64,000 nucleotides of DNA, taken from an uncultured Arcobacter sp. Lineage in GTDB: Bacteria; Campylobacterota; Campylobacteria; Campylobacterales; Arcobacteraceae. Made by a program: the position numbers and the translations under genes. The stretch covers positions 160,001 through 224,000 of the forward strand of contig OZ223301.1 in assembly GCA_965140705.1 (NCBI GenBank), given 5' to 3'. Below the pieces are notes generated by a model. The model was not told where the DNA came from. It searched no databases and saw nothing but the letters and a program-made list of their open reading frames with translations. Shown here piece after piece: positions 36,109 to 44,767 of the stretch (the stretch's first letter is position 1; each line of letters begins with the position of its first letter).

Positions 36109-37176
36109 TTATTTTTTTTTACAACGTATAAGTGTTTGACATAAGCCAATATTATCTATTGTTTCAATTATTTCTAATCCTGCTATTTTTAATAATTTTT
36201 CAAAATCAGTATATTTAAACATTTTACTATAACCATTTGCCATAGCTGTAAAGTAAGGGGAAGTATTTATTACGCAGTATGCTGCTGTTTCATTACTTTG
36301 TCTATCCCAAAATGGTTCCATAATACATACTTCACTATTTGGATCAATTGAATATATTATTTTTTTCAAAATACTTATGATTTGTTCTTCTTTAAAACAA
36401 TCTAGAAATTGACTCATCCAAATAATATCAAAATCTTTTGGTATTGAAGTTTCTTCTTTTAAAATATTTGCTTCATACGTTGAAATATTCTTTATATCAT
36501 TTTCATAAATATTTTGTTTTGCTAGTTTTACTTGCTGTGGTAAATCCATTATTGTTATATTTACATTTGGATTCTTTTTTGCAAACAGCATGGCAAATTT
36601 ACCAGTATTTCCACCTATATCAAGTATTGATTTAGGATTTAGTTCTTCTAGTATTTTTATTACTTTCGGAAATCCAGAGTCAGAATACATATGATCAAAT
36701 TCAAACCAAGAGTCTTTTACTTTTTGTGGTAAAGTAGAAAGAGCTGGATATATTGTCTCTTTGTCGCTAAATACTTTTAATCCTTCTGCTTTTCCACTTT
36801 TTATTGATTCTTCCAAGTAAAATAATCCTAAGTAATTAACATGATGGTTATAATTCATGTTAGTATTAGTCATCTTATCACTATGAATAAAAAATCCAAT
36901 TTTTGTTAAATAAATTTTTTCATTTTCAATTGAAATAACATTTGCACTTAGTGCTGTTTCACATAATAATTGTATTGCATATTTAGTTAAATTGCTCTCT
37001 TTCTCTAATTCCTCATATGTTAATCCATCTTTATTATTAGCTAATATATCTAATATCTTTAAGTCTCTCATTGTTCTAACCACTTGGAATACTATTGGAG
37101 CAAAAGCAATCTTTTGAGCTTCATATTGTGCTTCTAATGCACTTATCTTATTGTTATTTTTGAAGAAATTTTTCAT
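36109..37176 (-). CDS. SAM-dependent methyltransferase (ApeB-like)
   Basis: LDIGGNTG motif I, MDLP, WMSQFLDCF; N-terminal dimerisation region. Confidence 0.85.
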   Translation of the reverse strand: MKNFFKNNNKISALEAQYEAQKIAFAPIVFQVVRTMRDLKILDILANNKDGLTYEELEKESNLTKYAIQLLCETALSANVISIENEKIYLTKIGFFIHSDKMTNTNMNYNHHVNYLGLFYLEESIKSGKAEGLKVFSDKETIYPALSTLPQKVKDSWFEFDHMYSDSGFPKVIKILEELNPKSILDIGGNTGKFAMLFAKKNPNVNITIMDLPQQVKLAKQNIYENDIKNISTYEANILKEETSIPKDFDIIWMSQFLDCFKEEQIISILKKIIYSIDPNSEVCIMEPFWDRQSNETAAYCVINTSPYFTAMANGYSKMFKYTDFEKLLKIAGLEIIETIDNIGLCQTLIRCKKK

Positions 37177-37180
37177 ATAT

Positions 37181-37531
37181 TTAATCTTTAAGAGCTATTG
37201 TTAACTCACCCTTTGCATAAGTTTTTTTTTCGTCAAATAATTCAAATTTATATTCAGTCATTGAGCCAAAGTTAAAGGACTTTGATATTTTAATTTGATA
37301 CTCTATTTTATTTAATTCAGATAACTTTTTTATATTTTTTAAAGAGATTAAAAAGCCTATTATTGGCTCATTTTTATCTTCTGCAAAAGCAGCACTACTT
37401 TGAGCAGCAGCTTCACTAACCATTGGGAGTGTTGGGATATATGGAAAAGAACATTTTACAATGCAAAAGTCTTCATTTTTTTCTAAAATTTCTTGGGCAA
37501 ATCTTATAGGTGCTTGATGTGGTAAATTCAT
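37181..37531 (-). CDS. Hotdog-fold dehydratase subunit (ApeP-like)
   Basis: LPHQAP, EAAAQ and GFL motifs; cluster context. Confidence 0.7.
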   Translation of the reverse strand: MNLPHQAPIRFAQEILEKNEDFCIVKCSFPYIPTLPMVSEAAAQSSAAFAEDKNEPIIGFLISLKNIKKLSELNKIEYQIKISKSFNFGSMTEYKFELFDEKKTYAKGELTIALKD

Positions 37532-38172
37532 TAGATATTAACTTCTATTATATTTTTTTTATCTTTTTGAAAGTTTTTAGCCACATGAAGTATATGTTCT
37601 ATTGATTTTGGATAGTCTTCATTTTGTATATTTTTTAAATAAATATTTGCATTTTCACTAGTAACTCTAACTTTTAAGGCAACAGCACTTTCTAAATATT
37701 TTGTGCAAGTATTTATTTCTTCAATATTGTTTATATTTAATGTTTCTGTACAAGTTAATAAAATCTCATCACCATCTAAAGCTTTTACTGCACCTACTTT
37801 TAAAACTTTTAAAGAGGTCTCTTCTCCTGAAGAAATAGTTAATATCTCATTAGTATTATTAGATAAAATAGAAGCATATGAAACAGGGGTATTGTAAACA
37901 GAATTTTGAAAATCTGTGGGAGATGCCATTTCATCATTTGAAATGGCATTTAATATATTTGATGTTGATAATAATTCTCCATAAGATGTCCCAAATATAA
38001 TTCTACCTTCTTTAAAATTTACATTTGACATAAGTTCAATTATAAGTTTTGAAGCTCTTGTTAATCTTCTTCTTATTATCATTTTAGGAACTAGTTCTTT
38101 AGTTTTTAGATTCGTAATTTCTTTTTCATCAAAGATATAAGATGCATCTAATATTTCTAAATTTATTTTCAC
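37531..38172 (-). CDS. Ketosynthase chain-length factor (ApeC-like)
   Basis: RRRLTR, GTSYGE and SPTDFQNSVYN motifs; short, lacks KS catalytic motifs. Confidence 0.82.
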   Translation of the reverse strand: MKINLEILDASYIFDEKEITNLKTKELVPKMIIRRRLTRASKLIIELMSNVNFKEGRIIFGTSYGELLSTSNILNAISNDEMASPTDFQNSVYNTPVSYASILSNNTNEILTISSGEETSLKVLKVGAVKALDGDEILLTCTETLNINNIEEINTCTKYLESAVALKVRVTSENANIYLKNIQNEDYPKSIEHILHVAKNFQKDKKNIIEVNI

Positions 38173-39284
38173 TTGACAAGTCCAAAAATTAATGAAGTAT
38201 TATTTCCACCAAAGGCAAAAGAGTTACTAAGTACATAATCAACCTTAGATGAAGTAGTTTCAAACGAGTAGTTTATATCTTCTATTTCTATTTCTATTAA
38301 GCCTTTATTTGCTGGAATAATCTGTTTTTTTAAAACCATACATGAAATAATTGCTTCAATAGCCCCAGCTGCTCCTAAAGTATGTCCTGTGATTGATTTA
38401 GTTGAGCTAACTTTTGGTTTATTTTCTATAAATAAAGATTTAATAGCATTTAATTCAGAAAAATCATTGGCTATCGTTCCTGTGCCATGTGCATTTATAT
38501 ATGAGATATTATTTTTATGTAAGTTTGCATTTTCTAAAGCATTTTCCATTGCTTTTTTTGCACCTAATCCTTCAGGATGTGGCTGTGTCATGTGATGAGA
38601 ATCTGAGCTATACCCAACTCCACATAATTCAATTGAATTTTCATTCTTTTTATTTTGTAATAATAAAATTCCAAAACCTTCAGCTACATTCATTCCCTCT
38701 CGATTTTTATCAAAAGGTGTACATGGTTTTGACGATAAAACACTTAATGCTGAAAATCCACAAACTGTAGTATGTGATAGAGAATCTATTCCAATGACTA
38801 AAACATTTTCATATATACCTTTTTCAATTACTTCTTTTGCATAACCTAAAGCATTTGCACTAGAAGTACATGCTGTAGAAAAAGAAACATCATCATAGAA
38901 TTTATAGTTTTGTTTTAAAAAGTATGCTATTGAATCAACAGGATGCTTTTTAGGATTGATACTTTTATAGTTTTTATTCTTGAAAAAAAGTTTTTCTGTT
39001 GTGTTCATCCCTCCAACAGAAGAACCAATTATTAAAAGAGTATTTGAAAAATCATTTAACTTCATAATCTCTAATAATTTATCACATCTTTCTTTTAAAA
39101 TATTATTTAAGTCTTTACTTTTTTGTATTTTACCAATTGCAACACTTCTTTCTTTGACATAAGTTGAATTGATTGAAATGGTATCTTTTTTTAGGCAAAT
39201 TGATTTAAATAACTCTTCAGAATTATTTCCTGCACAAGAAATTGAGTCAAAATAATTTATATAGACTTTATTTTTTATTTTCAT
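38169..39284 (-). CDS. Beta-ketoacyl-ACP synthase (ApeO-like KS)
   Basis: STACTSS (Cys), NAHGTGT and GHTLGAAG (His), SNSFAFGG. Confidence 0.92.
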   Translation of the reverse strand: MKIKNKVYINYFDSISCAGNNSEELFKSICLKKDTISINSTYVKERSVAIGKIQKSKDLNNILKERCDKLLEIMKLNDFSNTLLIIGSSVGGMNTTEKLFFKNKNYKSINPKKHPVDSIAYFLKQNYKFYDDVSFSTACTSSANALGYAKEVIEKGIYENVLVIGIDSLSHTTVCGFSALSVLSSKPCTPFDKNREGMNVAEGFGILLLQNKKNENSIELCGVGYSSDSHHMTQPHPEGLGAKKAMENALENANLHKNNISYINAHGTGTIANDFSELNAIKSLFIENKPKVSSTKSITGHTLGAAGAIEAIISCMVLKKQIIPANKGLIEIEIEDINYSFETTSSKVDYVLSNSFAFGGNNTSLIFGLVK

Positions 39285-39522
39285 TAATATAGTTTAACAA
39301 GCTAGATACAGATGCAAAAATGTCTTGATATTGTTCAGTATTACTTATCTTTACACCATATTCTTTTTCAATAATTAAAACTAATTCAATAGAATCAACA
39401 GAGTCAAGTCCTATTCCATCATCTCCAAATAAAGGTGCATTATCCTCAATATCTTCAATCGTAAAGTCTTCTAAGTTTAGACCTTCAATTAGTACTTCTT
39501 TAAACTCATTAATAGTTATCAT
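39268..39522 (-). CDS. Acyl carrier protein (ApeE-like)
   Basis: Acidic 84 aa; PLFG..IGLDSVD phosphopantetheine Ser motif. Confidence 0.92.
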   Translation of the reverse strand: MITINEFKEVLIEGLNLEDFTIEDIEDNAPLFGDDGIGLDSVDSIELVLIIEKEYGVKISNTEQYQDIFASVSSLLNYINENKK

Positions 39523-39648
39523 ATCTTATTTTAACCTTGTAAATAATCTTTTGAAATAGTACTGTTTTTCATCTTTTAATCATCTTATAAATTATCTTTT
39601 AATAAATTATTTTGTACAATAACGAATACATATAGAAAGAAAATCATA

Positions 39649-39969
39649 GTGAAGTTATTTAAGAATTTATTTGAAGTTTTAGAAAAGTCAGAAAATTATT
39701 ATAAAGTTAAACTGGCAAAGAAAGAACACCCTGTATTTAAAGCACATTTCCCTCAAAATGAAATATTACCTGGTTTTATTCAAATTGATATTATCTCAGA
39801 TATATTGAATCATAAGATTAATAGTATTTCAAAAGCAAAGTTTTTATCAATTATAAAGCCTGAAGATATAATTGAATATTATATTACCTGTATAAATGAA
39901 TCAAAATACAAAATAATAATAAAAAGTGAAAATAAAAAGATAAGTGAAATAACGTATGGAATACAGTGA
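39649..39969 (+). CDS. 3-hydroxyacyl-ACP dehydratase (ApeI/FabZ-like)
   Basis: HPVFKAHFP..ILPG and KF...IKP motifs; GTG start. Confidence 0.82.
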   Translation: MKLFKNLFEVLEKSENYYKVKLAKKEHPVFKAHFPQNEILPGFIQIDIISDILNHKINSISKAKFLSIIKPEDIIEYYITCINESKYKIIIKSENKKISEITYGIQ

Positions 39970-40660
39970 AATTGTAGTTGTAATACCTACATATAATAAT
40001 GATTTAACAATACAAAGAGTTGTTGATGATGTATTATCTTATAATGTTAAAACAATAGTTGTTGATGATGGATACGATAACCCTGTAGAAGAAAAATTAA
40101 ATAAAAATTCAAATTTAATTGTTTTAAGACATCCTTATAATAAAGGAAAAGGTGAAGCAATTTTAACAGGTGCCAGGAAAGCAAAAGAGTTGGGATACAA
40201 ATATTTTATTAGCTTAGACGGGGATGGGCAACATTTAGCAAGTCAAATAGAAAAAATCATAAATGCATCTGATGGGGATAACCAAATAATAATAGGGGCT
40301 AGAAATTTTGAGATAGATAATGTACCTAATGGTTCTAAATTTGGTCGTTGGTTTAGTAACTTTTGGGCTACATGGGATACAGAACAAGAGATAAAAGATT
40401 CTTTATCTGGCTTTAGATTATATCCAATTTCAATTTTAGATTTAGATATTAAAACTTCAAGATTCGATTGGGAAATGGAAGTTTTAGTGAAACATGCTTG
40501 GAAGGGTAGGTTAATAAAAGAAGTAATAATAGATTGTTATTATCCAACACCAGAAGAAAGAGTTAGCCATTTTAAAAAGTTTTGGGACACTGCAGCTATT
40601 GTAATGGTTCATATTAGGCTTCTACCTTTTAAATTTTTTATAAAAAAAAGATATAAATAA
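39956..40660 (+). CDS. Glycosyltransferase family 2
   Basis: IPTYN, VDDG, NKGKG, DGDGQH, D.LSGFRLYP and RVSHF motifs. Confidence 0.9.
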   Translation: MEYSEIVVVIPTYNNDLTIQRVVDDVLSYNVKTIVVDDGYDNPVEEKLNKNSNLIVLRHPYNKGKGEAILTGARKAKELGYKYFISLDGDGQHLASQIEKIINASDGDNQIIIGARNFEIDNVPNGSKFGRWFSNFWATWDTEQEIKDSLSGFRLYPISILDLDIKTSRFDWEMEVLVKHAWKGRLIKEVIIDCYYPTPEERVSHFKKFWDTAAIVMVHIRLLPFKFFIKKRYK

Positions 40661-41521
40661 ATGACTGTTAAGCAAAGAGGAAGTGGCTGGAGTATAAAAC
40701 TTGTATTTAATTTATATAAGCTTTTTGGTTATAAATTTGTTTATTTTTTAATGTATCCTGTGAGTTTTTTTTATTTTTTATTTGCATCAAATGTAAAACA
40801 ATCTTTGAAAATATACTATAAAACATTAGACCTAGAATTTAATAATTGGATTTATTTCGAACATTTAAGAATATTTGCTATGTGTTTAGTAGATAGATTT
40901 ATATCTAAATATGATCCTTACTCTTATACTTTTGTCTATAATAGAAAAGACCCAATATTAAAGATTTTAGATAAAAAATCGATATTACTATTTTCTCATT
41001 TTGGAGGTTGGGCTTCAAGTTCTAGTCAACCTGCAACAAAAAATAGAATCAATATAGTTATGCATGAAATTATTTTAGATAGTATAAAAGAGATTGAAAA
41101 TAGTATTGATAATAAATTTTCTAATATAAATATTATAGATCAATCTATGGGACAGATACCTGTTTCTATTGAAATTGCAAATGCAATTTCTAATAATGAG
41201 GTTATAGCAATAATGGCTGATAGACCAACAAGTGTTAAGTATAAATATAAAACAAAATTTTTTGGTAAATATGCAAATTTTAATAAAAATCCATTTAAAA
41301 TTTCTTATAAAACAAAAACACCAATTTTGTGTTGTTTTATAGTGAATATTGGATTACAAAAATATAAGGCCGAAACAATAAAATTAAATTTAGATTTTAA
41401 TTTGGATGAGAATGAAGCCATTGATATTGCTATAAAAGAATATGTTAGATTATTTGAAAGAATTTTATTAAAATATCCAAATCAATGGTTTAATTTTTAT
41501 AATTTTTGGGAGAATGAATGA
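40661..41521 (+). CDS. LpxL-like lipid acyltransferase
   Basis: SHFGGW, IMADR, FFG...F and YPNQWFNFYNFW motifs. Confidence 0.8.
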   Translation: MTVKQRGSGWSIKLVFNLYKLFGYKFVYFLMYPVSFFYFLFASNVKQSLKIYYKTLDLEFNNWIYFEHLRIFAMCLVDRFISKYDPYSYTFVYNRKDPILKILDKKSILLFSHFGGWASSSSQPATKNRINIVMHEIILDSIKEIENSIDNKFSNINIIDQSMGQIPVSIEIANAISNNEVIAIMADRPTSVKYKYKTKFFGKYANFNKNPFKISYKTKTPILCCFIVNIGLQKYKAETIKLNLDFNLDENEAIDIAIKEYVRLFERILLKYPNQWFNFYNFWENE

Positions 41522-43038
41522 ATTTACAAATAGATAAGAGATATATAACATTATACGAGATTATTAAATCTTCTAATATTGAGATTTCAAAAGATAGTAA
41601 ATTTCTTAATTATATAAACCATACGCATGATTTTTTAATGAATGAGATAAAAGGTGGAAAACCTATTTATGGTATTACTACAGGGTATGGTGCTAGTGGA
41701 AAGAACTATGTTAATTATGAAGATAGTAAAACTTTACAAAAAAATCTTTTTAGATTTCATGGTTGTGGTATCGGAGTAAATTTATCTCATAAAGTTTGTA
41801 GATATGCTGTTATTATGAGAACAATATCTTTAAGTAAGGCAAAATCAGGAGTAAGTGTTGAACTTTTAAAAAGATTAGAACTTTTAATAAAAGAAGATAT
41901 TATACCAGTAATCCCATCTCAAGGTTCAGTAGGCGCAAGTGGTGATTTAACTCCCTTATCATATATCGCAGCAGTTATTGCAGGGGAGAGAGAGGTTTAT
42001 TATAAAGGTGAAATAAAAGATGTAATGGAAGTTTATAATAAATTAAATATATCTCCTTATGAATTTAAACCTAAAGAAGCATTAGCAATTATGAATGGAA
42101 CTACAATTATGAGTGCTATTGCCTTAGATGCAATAGAAGAGTTTGAAATAATATTAAATTCTATGGAATCTTATGTTGCAGGAATGTTTGAAGTTCTTTT
42201 AGGTGATGATACTCCTGTGGAAGATTTTGTACATGAATCAAAGCCATTTAGTGGACAAATAGAAACTGCAAAGAATATTAAAAAGAAAATTCAAGGTTCA
42301 AAATTAACCCATGGTAGAGATGATAGATATGATAAATTTTTTGCCGACAATGATTTAAATATTCAAGATACATATTCTATGAGATGTGCACCACAAGTTT
42401 TAGGTGTAATAAGAGATAATTTAGTAATTTCTAAAAACTGGGTTGAAACAGAGATAAATTCTGTAAATGATAATCCCTTGATTGATGGTGAAAACAAAAA
42501 AATATATACATCAGGTAACTTTTATGGTGGATATGTTGCCCATGCAATGGATACTTTAAAAATATGTGCTGCAAATCTTGCTGATTTATTAGACAAAGAG
42601 TTTGCCCTTTTAGTTGATCATAAATTTAATAGAGGTTTAGGTGAAAACTTAAAACTTTCACATGAACCATTTTATCATGGATTTAAAGCTATGCAAATAA
42701 GTCTTAGTTCTCTAAGTGCAGATGTTATTAAAAATACAACAGCTGCTTCTATTCACTCAAGACCAACAGAATCTTTAAATCAAGACAAAGTTTCTATGGG
42801 AACAACTGCTGCAAATGATTTTGCAAAAATGATACCAGACTTGTATAATATGCTCTCAATTGCTTTTATTGGTATGGCACAAGCTGTTGATATTAGGGGT
42901 GAAGGTGAAGTTTCTCCACATCTAAGAAATATTCATGATGAGATAAGAAAGATAGTTAAACCACTTTATGAAGATAGAAGAATGGATTTTGATATAGTAA
43001 GTATAAATAAAATACTTAAAAGTGCAAAATTAGTATAA
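41518..43038 (+). CDS. MIO-dependent aromatic amino acid ammonia-lyase (HAL/PAL/TAL family)
   Basis: IYGITTGYG, GSVGASGDL (ASG, MIO-forming), QDTYSMRC, NDNP, GNFYG and NQDKVSMG motifs. Confidence 0.93.
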   Translation: MNLQIDKRYITLYEIIKSSNIEISKDSKFLNYINHTHDFLMNEIKGGKPIYGITTGYGASGKNYVNYEDSKTLQKNLFRFHGCGIGVNLSHKVCRYAVIMRTISLSKAKSGVSVELLKRLELLIKEDIIPVIPSQGSVGASGDLTPLSYIAAVIAGEREVYYKGEIKDVMEVYNKLNISPYEFKPKEALAIMNGTTIMSAIALDAIEEFEIILNSMESYVAGMFEVLLGDDTPVEDFVHESKPFSGQIETAKNIKKKIQGSKLTHGRDDRYDKFFADNDLNIQDTYSMRCAPQVLGVIRDNLVISKNWVETEINSVNDNPLIDGENKKIYTSGNFYGGYVAHAMDTLKICAANLADLLDKEFALLVDHKFNRGLGENLKLSHEPFYHGFKAMQISLSSLSADVIKNTTAASIHSRPTESLNQDKVSMGTTAANDFAKMIPDLYNMLSIAFIGMAQAVDIRGEGEVSPHLRNIHDEIRKIVKPLYEDRRMDFDIVSINKILKSAKLV

Positions 43039-43048
43039 AGAAGTAAAA

Positions 43049-43753
43049 ATGGAAAATAAAAAAGTATTAGTTACAGGAGCCACTGGCTCTATTGGACAAG
43101 CCATTGTTAAAGAGTATGCTAAAAATGGATACTACGTCTATATTCATTACAATAGTAATAAAGACAAAGCACTAGAACTTTTAAAAGATATAAATTCAAA
43201 TGGAGAACTTATTTCTTTTAATATGCAAGATAAAAACTCTATAAGAGAGGTTTTAGAAAATCTTGATGTTGAAGTTTTAGTAAATAATGCTGGAATCATA
43301 AAAGATAACCTGTTTTTCTTTATGGGTGATGATGAATGGGAAGATGTAATTAACACAAATCTAAATGGACTTTTTTATATTACAAAAGTTATTTCTAAAA
43401 ATATGATGATGAACAAACGAGGAAGTATTGTAAATGTTGCATCAATCTCAGGAATAAGTGGAAACTCTGGGCAAGCAAATTATAGTGCAAGTAAAGGTGG
43501 AGTTATTGCTTTTACTAAAACTTTATCAATAGAGCTAGGAAGATATAATATTAGAGTAAATGCCCTTGCTCCTGGAATAATAGAATCAGAGATGATTGAA
43601 AATATACCAAATGTAAAAGAGCTAAAAAAAGCAATACCTCTTAAAAGATTTGGAAAAGCTCAAGAAGTGGCAAAATGTGCTTATTTTATAGGTGTAGATG
43701 CTACTTATGTAAGTGGAGAGGTATTAAATATTAGTGGGGCAATGGTTAGATAA
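43049..43753 (+). CDS. 3-oxoacyl-ACP reductase (FabG/ApeQ-like)
   Basis: TGATGSIG, NNAG and YSASK SDR motifs. Confidence 0.92.
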   Translation: MENKKVLVTGATGSIGQAIVKEYAKNGYYVYIHYNSNKDKALELLKDINSNGELISFNMQDKNSIREVLENLDVEVLVNNAGIIKDNLFFFMGDDEWEDVINTNLNGLFYITKVISKNMMMNKRGSIVNVASISGISGNSGQANYSASKGGVIAFTKTLSIELGRYNIRVNALAPGIIESEMIENIPNVKELKKAIPLKRFGKAQEVAKCAYFIGVDATYVSGEVLNISGAMVR

Positions 43754-43758
43754 AGTTT

Positions 43759-44295
43759 ATGAATTTACTCATATCTTTACTTTATGCACCCATTGTTTTT
43801 TATTCATTAAGAAATTTTGAACTAAAGACTGTTTCACTTATAATTTTTATTTTCTCTTTGCTTTGGTTCATTTTTTCTATAAAGAAAAGTATAAAAGAGT
43901 ATATTTTTCCTCTTTTTTATTTGAGTGTATCTGTTTTGGCATATTTTTTGGATAATTTTTTATTTTTAAAAATGCTACCATTATTAATTTCTGGATTGAT
44001 TTCAATTTATATTTTATATAGTTATCTTTCTAAGAATTCTTTTATTTTTGTATTTTTAAAAAGATTAAATAAAGATGTTGAAGAGGAAGAAAAAAATTAT
44101 ATTCATAAATCAACACTTTTTTGGTTTTATATATCTTTGATAAATGTGCTGATTCATTCTTTTGTACTTTATTCAAAAGATATGTTTTACTGGACATTAT
44201 ATTCATCAGTTGGTTGGTATTTTTTGTTTATTATTGCTGGAATTGTACAATTTGTTCATAAAAAATTTTATTTTGAGGCTAAATTAAATGGTTAA
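43759..44295 (+). CDS. Integral membrane protein (ApeG-like)
   Basis: Multiple TM segments, WTLY motif, cluster context. Confidence 0.6.
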   Translation: MNLLISLLYAPIVFYSLRNFELKTVSLIIFIFSLLWFIFSIKKSIKEYIFPLFYLSVSVLAYFLDNFLFLKMLPLLISGLISIYILYSYLSKNSFIFVFLKRLNKDVEEEEKNYIHKSTLFWFYISLINVLIHSFVLYSKDMFYWTLYSSVGWYFLFIIAGIVQFVHKKFYFEAKLNG

Positions 44296-44767
44296 AATTT
44301 TATTTTTATTTTTATTTTTCACACTTTTTTTATTTTCAAAGGAAATTGAATTTAAAGAAGAGAAATATATAGGTGCACTAAATACTAGTGTATATCGAGA
44401 TGGTATCCTAAATATAGAAAAAGATTTTATAAAAGTTTCATATCCCCAACAAAACAGAACATTTACCTTTACAAAAGAAAATATAATAGAAAAAGATGGT
44501 AAAACAGAGAATATTATTACTTATGAAGATAATTTGGATTTGACAATTTTTTCAAAAGTTATAGAAAGTATTTATACAAATAAAATAGAAAATATAAAAG
44601 AGTATTTTCAAATAAAAAAGAGTGATGGGAACACAACTTTAATTCCAAGTGAATATGTAGCAAATGTGATAAAAAAAATAGAGTATAAAAAAATAGATTC
44701 AAAATTAAAGTTTTTGAAGATATATTTTACAAATGATGATTGGATAAATATTGTTCAAATTAACTAA
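44288..44767 (+). CDS. LolA-like periplasmic lipid carrier (ApeL-like)
   Basis: Signal peptide, FKEEKY...G pattern, upstream of the MMPL gene. Confidence 0.65.
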   Translation: MVKILFLFLFFTLFLFSKEIEFKEEKYIGALNTSVYRDGILNIEKDFIKVSYPQQNRTFTFTKENIIEKDGKTENIITYEDNLDLTIFSKVIESIYTNKIENIKEYFQIKKSDGNTTLIPSEYVANVIKKIEYKKIDSKLKFLKIYFTNDDWINIVQIN

